Source: Alphaproteobacteria bacterium (GTDB lineage Bacteria; Pseudomonadota; Alphaproteobacteria; CALKHQ01). Taken from it: DNA of 64,000 nucleotides. Within the stretch, counting starts at the first letter, position 1, and every line of letters starts with the position of its first letter. The translations under genes were made by a program, and so were the position numbers. Shown here one piece after another: positions 20,854 through 29,446 of this stretch. The DNA lies in assembly GCA_965227515.1 (NCBI GenBank), contig CBDDFZ010000001.1, positions 3,456,001-3,520,000 of the forward strand, read 5' to 3'. Below the pieces are notes generated by a model, which saw nothing but the letters and a program-made list of their open reading frames with translations, did no database searches and was not told where the DNA came from.

Positions 20854-21705
20854 CTATTCGAGCGCGTCGGCCAGAGAGCCGTCGAGAACCGTGATCGAAG
20901 CGGTGTTGCCCACGGCGATCGCGGCGTTGTTGACCAGCGGACGGGTCTCGGAGACGCCGCCAAGATCGCTGGCGAACACACCGAAGACCAACGCGTTGGC
21001 CGTACCGTCGAAGTTGGCCGACTGGTTGATGTTGGCCATCAGGAAGTTGTCGGTGTCGACACCGTCGCCCTGATCCGGGTTCGGGCCGCAACCGTAGTGC
21101 CCATAGCGGCACGGGTTGTACGAGCTGCCAACTTCAGTCGTCAGGCCGCTCTCGCCGGTGGCCGACGGGTCCAGGGTGATCGACACGGAGTTGCCGACGA
21201 CCTGGGCGGTGTTGTCGACCGACGCGTTGAAGACCAGGCCGACGACCGCATTCGCGTCGAACTCGGCTTCGCCGTGCCAGTCGTTGTCCGACACCTTCTG
21301 GTCGATGTCAGCCTGGACGGACACCTGGGACTCGATGCTGGCGGAGTTGCCAATCGCTGCCGCCACGTTGTCCACGGTCGGCTCGATGGAAGCGGTCTCC
21401 ACATCCGGCTCGTTGTTCCAGCCGCCCCAGCCATGGTGACCACCATGCTTGGAGTCGGTGTCCGGGTCGTTGACGACACCGATCACGACCGCATTGGCTT
21501 CCAGATCGCCCTTGAAGTCCTGGTCGATCTCAACGATCGTGGCACCGGCCGGATCGATCTTGATATCGACGTCAACGTCGACATCGATCTCGGTATCCGC
21601 GTCCAGTTCCCATTCCCACTTGCTGCGGTCGAACGCCAAGGCCGACGAGGCCATGCCGGCGGTCAATGCCAACGCGGTGGCTGACAGTAGTAGTTTGCGC
21701 TGCAT
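20854..21705 (-). CDS. Secreted three-repeat beta-rich protein (HfaD/functional-amyloid-like)
   Basis: AGGAGG RBS; signal peptide ending ALA-F; three repeats ending VDNVAAAIGNSASI, VDNTAQVVGNSVSI and VNNAAIAVGNTASI. Confidence 0.65.
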   Translation of the reverse strand: MQRKLLLSATALALTAGMASSALAFDRSKWEWELDADTEIDVDVDVDIKIDPAGATIVEIDQDFKGDLEANAVVIGVVNDPDTDSKHGGHHGWGGWNNEPDVETASIEPTVDNVAAAIGNSASIESQVSVQADIDQKVSDNDWHGEAEFDANAVVGLVFNASVDNTAQVVGNSVSITLDPSATGESGLTTEVGSSYNPCRYGHYGCGPNPDQGDGVDTDNFLMANINQSANFDGTANALVFGVFASDLGGVSETRPLVNNAAIAVGNTASITVLDGSLADALE

Positions 21706-22536
21706 TTAAAGATCCTCCTCTTGCAGGCTGTAGGGATATTCGAGCGACACGAGCCCGCACTCGGGCGAGCCCGGCAGCCCCAGACCCTCCGTCATCATCA
21801 GGTATGCGAACATTTCGACGACGGAGCGGACACCGATCTGCAGCGGTTCGTTGCGAACCGAGCCGGCGTCCAGTTCGACCAGTGTGTCCCCAAAGAACCG
21901 GAACACGTTGGTCTCCACTTCGAAGCCGTAGATCTGCTTCTGAAGTGACTTGGCGTACACGACCGAGAAATCGCGTGAATCGATCACGCGCCCGTCGATC
22001 GCGACGTTGATGACGACGGTTCTGGCGCCTGCGCCGATCCCGTCGATCCACAAGCCGAGGCCATCGCTGGCCACGCTGTAATTCAGTTCCGTCAGCGCCC
22101 CGAGCACCACGAAGTCGCTGCCGACCACCTTGCTGCGATAAGCGCTGAACGGCCGGTCGAGCAGGCCCTGCTCTGCCATGGCGATCTCGGCCAGCGGAAT
22201 GCGCAGGTCGTAGCGCTCGACCAGCTCGGCCTTGTTCGTCTTGAACAGCGCGCTGGTCATCATCTCGGCCACGCCCTGGGACAGCGCGTAACCGTCTGCC
22301 TCGAAGTTGATCTGGCCGCTCTTGTCGCTGACGTCGCCGACGGCGATCGTCGGCAGGTTGCTGCCCGGCAACGACGCAAGCTGCGTCAGGCACGCGCTGT
22401 AAGGCGTATCGTTGCTGGTGACCGGAAAACTGTATTGCGGCTGAACGCTTTCCGTCCCTCCAGTGGTGAGGGGCGCGCAATTGGCGACGGCGAGACAAGC
22501 AATGACTGCAATCGAGGTCGTATTTGTCTGTCGCAT
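21706..22536 (-). CDS. CsgG/HfaB family outer-membrane lipoprotein, copy 2
   Basis: Lipobox VAN-C; PVTSNDTPYS, AVGDVSDKSGQ, LVERYD, GALTELNY, SLQKQI, EPLQIGVR. Confidence 0.88.
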   Translation of the reverse strand: MRQTNTTSIAVIACLAVANCAPLTTGGTESVQPQYSFPVTSNDTPYSACLTQLASLPGSNLPTIAVGDVSDKSGQINFEADGYALSQGVAEMMTSALFKTNKAELVERYDLRIPLAEIAMAEQGLLDRPFSAYRSKVVGSDFVVLGALTELNYSVASDGLGLWIDGIGAGARTVVINVAIDGRVIDSRDFSVVYAKSLQKQIYGFEVETNVFRFFGDTLVELDAGSVRNEPLQIGVRSVVEMFAYLMMTEGLGLPGSPECGLVSLEYPYSLQEEDL

Positions 22537-22850
22537 TGCGCGAACCCCCAACACTGTTGCTGCTCCGAACTTCGGACCAGGTGCGACGGGGTGCGGGAAA
22601 CAAGAGTGCAACCGATCCGTCGCGTCCCGAAATACTAGACGCCGACTAAGGCAACTCAAGAGAACATGCGTATTAGCCTCAATTGATGGTCTGCTCTTCT
22701 GGATAGTTATTTGGCTTAATACCTTGGGGATTAATCCCATCGGCGGGGTCGGTCCGGGCCTACCCCTTTGGGCCAAACCGCCGCGAACGGCCCGGGCGCG
22801 CGAGTGCGCCGGCCGACCGGAAAGACTCTCGAAACGTCGTGGGAGTTGGG

Positions 22851-24101
22851 CTACTCGGCGCCGATCGACCGCTGCACGCCGGAGGCCACGAGCGCCCGCA
22901 GGGCGGGCCTGGCCTCTTCCCAATCGGGCACGCGCCTGGGTGCCGCGCCCTCGATCTTTACCGGCAGCGTTCGCGGCGCCTTGCGTTCGACGGCCAGGCT
23001 CACCAGCGAACGCTCCGCCGACGCGAATGCGTACTTGTAGGCCTCGTTGCCGCGCAGGAAGTCATAGATCTGAAACCCGTTCGCGATGGCGTACCGCAGC
23101 GAATAGGCGTGCAGCACGAAGCCTGGCGGCGGGTTGTTGGTGGTCGTGTCGCAACCGCTGACCATGAACAGCAAGCTGCGCTTCCGCGCGTCGATGATCG
23201 TGCCGAGCGCCCCCATCGGCTGGTCGCCGCGCCAGAGCACGGGCAGCAGAAGCGCGTGGCCTACCCCAATACGCGTCAGCATGACCCGCAGGTTGTTGCA
23301 GATCGTGTCCGTGCGCTCGCGCTTGCGCGGCGCCCATTTCCGCCGCCAGAAACCGAGCAGGATCTCGATATCACGGTCCAGGGTCTCGGCCGTGGCCAGG
23401 CGGATGGATATATCGCTGGTCTCATCGTCGACCTTGCGCAGGAAACGCCGGGCTTTCTGGCGCGTGTTGCGCCCGAGACCATCGAGGAACTGGTCCCAAT
23501 CGGCCGGCAGGCGCGCGAACGGACAGACGAGCTGGTCGACCGCGTCGCCGCGGTCTTCCTCGTCAGGTTCGGAGCGCGCGTGGACGGCGCCGCCGCCGCG
23601 CACCATCTCGACCGCGAATTGGCGCCGCGGGAAGCAGTTCGCCAGCAGCCTCGACCGTTCGGCCGACGCACAGATGTTCTCGAATTTCAGGGTGGTCCAC
23701 GGCATGTGCCGGAGATATTTGCCCAGCGCCAGCACGGCCTTGGTCTGGTAGCGCGGCATGCACAGAATGCCGGTATAGTCGGCAACCCGGTTGCCCAGCA
23801 TCGCCAGCTCGAAACCACGCCCGCCGCGCGCGCCGGCGATCGTGCGGATCCGCAACGGCAGGAATGCCACATAAGGCGATGTGGACTCATCGGGGCGGAT
23901 CGCCAGGATGCACCAGTCGATCTTCGTGACCTGCACCCAGTTCCAGATCCAGTCCCACGACAGGAAGAATTGTGCATCGGGATCGTCAGCGTAGACCGCG
24001 TCCCAGTGTGGTTTGATCCGGCGCAAGTCGCGCAGCGTCCGCAGCGCACTGATCACCATGACGCAGGCCCTAGCATGCTCGGCCGCGGGTCCGCGCACCA
24101 C
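22851..24101 (-). CDS. CelD/BcsL-type GNAT acyltransferase
   Basis: FFLSWDW, ADYTGIL, LPADWDQFL, YDFLRGNEAYKY; start uncertain (24101 or 24059). Confidence 0.85.
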   Translation of the reverse strand: MVRGPAAEHARACVMVISALRTLRDLRRIKPHWDAVYADDPDAQFFLSWDWIWNWVQVTKIDWCILAIRPDESTSPYVAFLPLRIRTIAGARGGRGFELAMLGNRVADYTGILCMPRYQTKAVLALGKYLRHMPWTTLKFENICASAERSRLLANCFPRRQFAVEMVRGGGAVHARSEPDEEDRGDAVDQLVCPFARLPADWDQFLDGLGRNTRQKARRFLRKVDDETSDISIRLATAETLDRDIEILLGFWRRKWAPRKRERTDTICNNLRVMLTRIGVGHALLLPVLWRGDQPMGALGTIIDARKRSLLFMVSGCDTTTNNPPPGFVLHAYSLRYAIANGFQIYDFLRGNEAYKYAFASAERSLVSLAVERKAPRTLPVKIEGAAPRRVPDWEEARPALRALVASGVQRSIGAE

Positions 24102-24117
24102 TGCCGGCGGGTCCGGC

Positions 24118-24558
24118 TCATCGCCCGGTTCCGTTCAGGATCTGCTCGATGCTGGCGGCGACCGACGTCACCGGCGGCAGGTCCGCAATGTCCCCCCGCA
24201 GGTCGGTATTGCCCATGTCGAACTGCGGCAGGTCGAAGACCTGGCGCACCGACACGGTGCACATCGCCTCGCGGGCCGCACCGTCGGCGGCCGGCTGGTC
24301 ATCGCAGTCCAACCGCATATCGGCGGACCCGATGACCAGCGCGGCACTCGTTGCGCGGAGGGGCCGGGGTTCGGGTTGCGCGGGTGCGGATTGGGCGCGC
24401 TCCCGGGCATCCTCCGACGCAACCTCGGTGTCGTCCGCCATGCCATTGTGCGAAACGGCCAGCATGACGGACACGGCGGTCAGGAGAAGCGGTCCATGCC
24501 ACCGCCTGGCAATCTGACGGTCCAGGCGGTGACGGACGCTGTGGCGGGTGGCAGGCAT
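24118..24558 (-). CDS. Small exported hypothetical protein with a cysteine pair
   Basis: AAGGGA RBS; basic then hydrophobic N-terminus; C-x14-C; ends IEQILNG; fills the gap between csgG copy 1 and the GNAT. Confidence 0.55.
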   Translation of the reverse strand: MPATRHSVRHRLDRQIARRWHGPLLLTAVSVMLAVSHNGMADDTEVASEDARERAQSAPAQPEPRPLRATSAALVIGSADMRLDCDDQPAADGAAREAMCTVSVRQVFDLPQFDMGNTDLRGDIADLPPVTSVAASIEQILNGTGR

Positions 24559-24583
24559 CGTGCGGTTCCCTTGCCTTGCCGGC

Positions 24584-25549
24584 TCACTTGGGACCGAACT
24601 CGCCGGCGCCGCCGCTCGCACCGCCGCTCGACCCGCCCGAGTTGCTGGCAGGAGCAGCGCCTCCCCCCGGCGCGCCGCTGCCAGATCCGCCACTTGTCGG
24701 TGCCGCGGAGCCATCGCCCCCGTAGCCCGCGGTCACGACCTCGAACGGGTACTCCAGGTCGATCAATTCGCAACCCGAAGCGCCGGGCAGGCCCAGCCCC
24801 TCGGTCAGCATGTTGTAGACGAACATCTCCACGACCGAGCGCACGCCGATCTGCAGCGGCTCATTGCGGATCGAGCCGCCCTGGAACTCGACCAGGGTGC
24901 TGCCGAAGAACCGGAACACGTCGGCTTCGACCTCGTAGCCGTAGATCTGTTTTTGCAGGGACCGCGCGTAGACCACCCGGAAGGTGCTGGATTCGACCAG
25001 GCGGGCGTCGATGGCGACATTGATGACGACCGTGCGCGCGCTGCCGCCGATGCCGGCGACCCACAGGCCCAGCCCGTCGCTGGTGATGTTGTAGTTCAGC
25101 TCCGTCAGCGCGCCGAGCACGATGAAATCGGTACCGGGAATGTTGCCCTGATAACTGCCGAAGGGCCGGTCGAGCAGGCCTCGCTCCGACAGCGCGATCT
25201 CGGCGAGCGGCACCCGCAGGTCGTAGCGTTCGACCATGTCGGTGATGCCGGTGCGATAAAGCGCGCTCGACATCATTTCCGCGACGCCCTGGGTCAGGGC
25301 ATTGCCGTTCTCATCGTAGTTGATCTGGCCCGTCTTGTCGGCGATCTCGCCGACCGCCACGACCGGCCGGTTGCCCACCTGGAGCGTGCTGAGCTGGTCC
25401 AGGCAGGTACTATAGGGAGTCCCGTTATATGTGACCGGGAACGCGTATTGCGGCGTTACACCTGTGTTCCCGTAAATGGCTTGCGGAGCACAACCGCCTG
25501 CAACGGCAAGAACCGTTGCCAGTACGGGCGCGATTACACGGTAGGACAT
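24584..25549 (-). CDS. CsgG/HfaB family outer-membrane lipoprotein, copy 1, with Gly/Ser-rich tail
   Basis: GGAGG RBS; lipobox AGG-C; same motifs as copy 2 and colinear with it. Confidence 0.88.
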   Translation of the reverse strand: MSYRVIAPVLATVLAVAGGCAPQAIYGNTGVTPQYAFPVTYNGTPYSTCLDQLSTLQVGNRPVVAVGEIADKTGQINYDENGNALTQGVAEMMSSALYRTGITDMVERYDLRVPLAEIALSERGLLDRPFGSYQGNIPGTDFIVLGALTELNYNITSDGLGLWVAGIGGSARTVVINVAIDARLVESSTFRVVYARSLQKQIYGYEVEADVFRFFGSTLVEFQGGSIRNEPLQIGVRSVVEMFVYNMLTEGLGLPGASGCELIDLEYPFEVVTAGYGGDGSAAPTSGGSGSGAPGGGAAPASNSGGSSGGASGGAGEFGPK

Positions 25550-26154
25550 GAAACCCTCCACACCCCGTGCCGTTTGAAAGCTAGTCATTGCCGGTGCTTA
25601 GGCTGCACCACTGTGTCGGCACGGTTCCGAACTGAATGGCAAACGGCCTTTCGGCCTGACTTGAGTTGAGGAAAGATTAAACGGAACAAAACCAACAGCA
25701 ATATCTATAACGGCCTAAGCATTTTGAGGGTTTTACTTATGATATGATACCATCCGTTCGGATGATCATCTTCCGGCTATTGTGCGAAATGTTGCGCCGC
25801 GCGACTGCACCGGCCACGCAATCCGCCGGCGCTGGCCGCATGGCGCGCGCAAGGGGACCCGCACGCGCCATGCCTTCGAAATTTTGACGCCTTGTCCGGG
25901 GTGAACCTTCGGGATCCCTCATCCATTCGCGATCCTTCGTGCGAGGGAGTGAGAAACCTAACACTCTCCAACGTCGCAATGACGCCCTGATTTCCTGTCA
26001 GGGCAAGCACTTAGAGCGACCCATAAGTATATTCCTGTGTTAGGCCACTAACATTACTGATGCTTTCTCTTTTCCATTCCGCCTTCATTTCTTGAACATA
26101 CCTTTGGCGCTACTATATTGAGGTAAGCAAATGGAGTAGGAATGGAGATCAAAG

Positions 26155-26655
26155 ATGCGGCGGATGATTGCCATACTGGCGTGCACTCTGGTCGGCGTTT
26201 CGCACGCACAGGCCGATCCGACAGGCAAGGTGTTCGAATTCCACCAGCCGGCGATCGGGGTGACCGGTCCAGGGCCGAGCCCAGCGTACACGGAAGCCAT
26301 CGTCCAACAGCAGATTGACGGCACGCGTCCTGGCCCGGTCTACGCGGGTCCCGGCGATCACTTGTTCTATGCCACGGATACCGGCACCGGCGTGGTGGTC
26401 TTTCAGCATCCAGCCAGCCGACCTGCCTATGGTCTCTCGGCCGGCGGCACCAACGCGGTCGTTCTCTACGTCAAGGGCGGACCGCGCGATAATGTGCGCG
26501 GCTTGATCCCAAACCCGAATGCGTCGGTCGACAGCTGGACGGCGATGGCGGCGGGCCTGCCGGCGCCGGACCAGGGGTGGATCCTGCAAGGGCATCCGCC
26601 GTCACCGATCAACGCCTGGGTTCGCCAAGCGCTCGCGTTGCCGGCAGCGGAATAG
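26155..26655 (+). CDS. Secreted hypothetical protein with a GxSxG motif
   Basis: GGAGA RBS; signal peptide ending AQA-D; YGLSAGG. Confidence 0.6.
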   Translation: MRRMIAILACTLVGVSHAQADPTGKVFEFHQPAIGVTGPGPSPAYTEAIVQQQIDGTRPGPVYAGPGDHLFYATDTGTGVVVFQHPASRPAYGLSAGGTNAVVLYVKGGPRDNVRGLIPNPNASVDSWTAMAAGLPAPDQGWILQGHPPSPINAWVRQALALPAAE

Positions 26656-26793
26656 TGCCGGGCATGCGTTGTTGACGCGGTCCGACCGCCGGCCGTCGAT
26701 ACTGACTGCCCGCTATCTATCGGCCGGGCGCTTCAGGCTGCGGCGTTTCAGGCCCCGGTACGGCACCCCTGGGGGATGGAGTGCCCGCCCACG

Positions 26794-27696
26794 TCACGAC
26801 ACTAGGCGACCGCTGCGCCGTTGCAGGCTGCCCGGTATCGTTGGCATGTTCTCGACCGCCCAGATCGCGGCTTGTGTGCGATTGGACAGCCCCAGCTTGC
26901 GCAGCAGGTTCTTCAGGTGTGCCTTCACCGTCGCTTCCGAGATCGCCAGGTCCATCGCGATCACCTTGTTCGCCTCGCCACGGGCGACCAGCTTGAGGAT
27001 CTCGCTTTCGCGATCAGTCAGCTTGACGTCCTGACTGCCCCGTGCGGATGAGGGGTTGCCCTCGATAACCGACAACGGCGTCGTGCCACGCCAATCTTCT
27101 ATCGGCCTGCCCAGTGTGGCGGTATGACCGTTGTGCCCCTGACCGAGACCGCGCACCACGCCCTCGTCCCTTCGCCCGTGGGGCTCGGGTCGGCTGTCTT
27201 CACCGGAATCGGTTCCAGACTCCGCCGCGCACGCATTCCCGTTATCCTGCTTAGGCACGGCCTTGCCCTGGCTCGCCAGAGCCTCGGCAACGCCGCCGAT
27301 GTATTCGCGCAAGCGACGCGGGAATACCAATTGGCCCTGCAGAACGGCCTTTACGGACACCAGCATGGTGTCCCACGAGACGTTCTTGTCGATATAGCCG
27401 CTTGCCCCGCAGGCCGCGGACGCGCGGAGTGCCTGACTGTCGCTGGAAAAATCGGTGAGCAATACAATTTTTGCAAATGGATAGAAGACCTGAATACGAT
27501 CGATCCACTCATTCACGGAATAGGCCAGACCCGGCAGCTCGGTGAGAACAAGGTCGACGCTTTCGTCGTGTTCGACCGATATGTCCGGGTCCGCAATATT
27601 GTGCGCACGAGCGACGTAATACCCGCTTTCCGTGAGCAGTCGAACCAACCCCTCTCGAAACAGTTGGTTTGGCTCCAAGACAACAATCTGGTGCAT
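26794..27696 (-). CDS. NarL/LuxR family regulator with an atypical receiver domain
   Basis: REC-like N-terminus (GASGYIDK); C-terminal LTDRESEILKLVARGEANKVIA...TVKAHLKNLLRKL...RTQAAIWA. Confidence 0.88.
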   Translation of the reverse strand: MHQIVVLEPNQLFREGLVRLLTESGYYVARAHNIADPDISVEHDESVDLVLTELPGLAYSVNEWIDRIQVFYPFAKIVLLTDFSSDSQALRASAACGASGYIDKNVSWDTMLVSVKAVLQGQLVFPRRLREYIGGVAEALASQGKAVPKQDNGNACAAESGTDSGEDSRPEPHGRRDEGVVRGLGQGHNGHTATLGRPIEDWRGTTPLSVIEGNPSSARGSQDVKLTDRESEILKLVARGEANKVIAMDLAISEATVKAHLKNLLRKLGLSNRTQAAIWAVENMPTIPGSLQRRSGRLVS

Positions 27697-28769
27697 CCTA
27701 CACCCCCAAAAAGCATGGCCGGACGGGCCATGTTCGAAATGGCTTTGGGGCGGGACCGCACGACACATTCAGCGCTGCCGCACATCCGCAGGCTCGCCGC
27801 AATTCCGGAAATGGGCGTTAGAGATAGAAGCCGAGCGTCGCTTGACGTAGAATATTCAACTATTTAGTGCGCTCTTCTTCCATCGTGCGATAATGCGTCA
27901 ACCGCAGGACGACACAGCCTGCGAAATCGACCCAGCCCTTTGGAATTCAAACGAAAAATAAAGCCCCCCAGACGCCATTCCATTCCCCCATTTGAATGCG
28001 TCGTAACTCGAAACCACATTAGCCAAAGCTCACCAACCAGCGATGGCAGGAATGCCGCTCCGAGCGAGAAAACTCTAACAGGTATGATTGCAGTTTGTTA
28101 ACCGTGCTCACGAATTCGTGAAAAATTAGCCGCATAGGAATGCAAATCGATTACCACAAAAATACACACATACGTGTGGCATACTGCAGATTTGCAAGTT
28201 CCGCACAACGATAGGGGCAATTGACCAGGCGCTCAAGCACTCCCAGTCTCTTTGTCATTGACTTGCCATAAGTTACATTTTTTTAAATCTACCGCCGGCA
28301 AGCCAGCCCAGTCCCGGTGCCAGCCGCCTCCGACAACGCCTTCTCTTACCTCAACCGTCGTCTGGTTGTCACAATATCCGCTCCGATCAATCTATCCACG
28401 AACTCGCAGGTGGAGCACCGCTGTCGTGAGAGCAGCACCAATACATCTGGCCGGCCGCAGACATCGTCGTCAATGCGAGCCAGCCGCCCTCAACACCGCC
28501 TGGATGGCGGCGCGCCGGCCCTGCAAGTCCGTGCATTCTCTGCCCGTCGACTTACACCTTTGTCGAATGCAAAGGCATACCATCGGGTAATTGACCCGCA
28601 CAATTGCGTCACTGCTCAATGTTCGTGAAATAACAAACACGGCACGGCGCGTGCCGAATGCTCGCATTGTCGCGCAATGTCTTGTGTTTGTCGTTGTAGA
28701 CAGGCCCGCGGCGGTGGGCTGGTGGCGCACGCCGCCGAACCGCCGCATCGGCTCGCCAGGGAAGAGGAA

Positions 28770-29396
28770 ATGGTCCGTTGGCAACATCTCATTCGGTTTG
28801 TGGGCGCCATGTTGGCGCTGACGGCCCTCGGCGCCTGTTCCGAGCGTCTGCTGCCGCCACCGGGTGCGTACGTCCTGAACACCGACATCAGCGGAAGCCT
28901 GGTTATCGATGAGAAGACCAACTGCGCCTTCGTTCGCACCATCGATGCGCTGACGATCGAGATCCTCGACGAGCCACGCCGGCCCGCCGCGGTCACGCTG
29001 GGCTGGCGCGACACGTTGGCCGAAAGCGATCATCCGGCGGATTGCGATCTTGCGCTGGCGGCGATGGAGCCGGAAGGGCGGAAAGTCACGGAACAGCCCG
29101 TGCTACCGGACGCCAACGGTGCCTATGTGCACCACTTCACGGCGATCGGTCACGACTGCCCGGCCGGGGATGCGGTCTGTCCTGACGGCTCGCTCGCGTT
29201 TCCCCACTACTTGAGCTTCGCCTATCGGCCCGATGATTTCGTGGACAGCCTGCTCAGTGACACCGGGCCGGTGCTGCGTGGCTACTACGAGTTCGCGCTC
29301 GAGTTCGAACCCGCCAGTGGAGTCGGGTTCCTGCAATCCTATATCCAGACCGAATTCAGCCTGCCCGCCAGCGCGCGGGTCGTCGGCGCGCAATAG
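28770..29396 (+). CDS. Hypothetical lipoprotein
   Basis: GAGGA RBS, lipobox LGA-C, four more cysteines. Confidence 0.65.
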   Translation: MVRWQHLIRFVGAMLALTALGACSERLLPPPGAYVLNTDISGSLVIDEKTNCAFVRTIDALTIEILDEPRRPAAVTLGWRDTLAESDHPADCDLALAAMEPEGRKVTEQPVLPDANGAYVHHFTAIGHDCPAGDAVCPDGSLAFPHYLSFAYRPDDFVDSLLSDTGPVLRGYYEFALEFEPASGVGFLQSYIQTEFSLPASARVVGAQ

Positions 29397-29446
29397 CGCT
29401 CGGCTGCCGGCAACACAGCCGGGTGGCAAACGGAAAGCCGCAGAAC

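Noticed and set aside
20311-21705. Canonical curli csgA/csgB
   Set aside because: No tandem ~22-residue Q-x-G-x-x-N-x-A-x-x-x-Q curlin repeats and no recognisable csgE/F/H
22716-22734. CtrA box upstream of csgG-2 (similar site at 50743-50761)
   Set aside because: TTAA half-sites are 11 bp apart, not the canonical 7
22537-22923. N-terminal extension of CsgG copy 2 (405-aa ORF)
   Set aside because: The lipoprotein signal starts at ATG 22536; the upstream part is AT-rich promoter-like DNA and overlaps the GNAT
28252-28628. Short ORFs in the AT-rich intergenic region
   Set aside because: No RBS, atypical codon usage and no motifs
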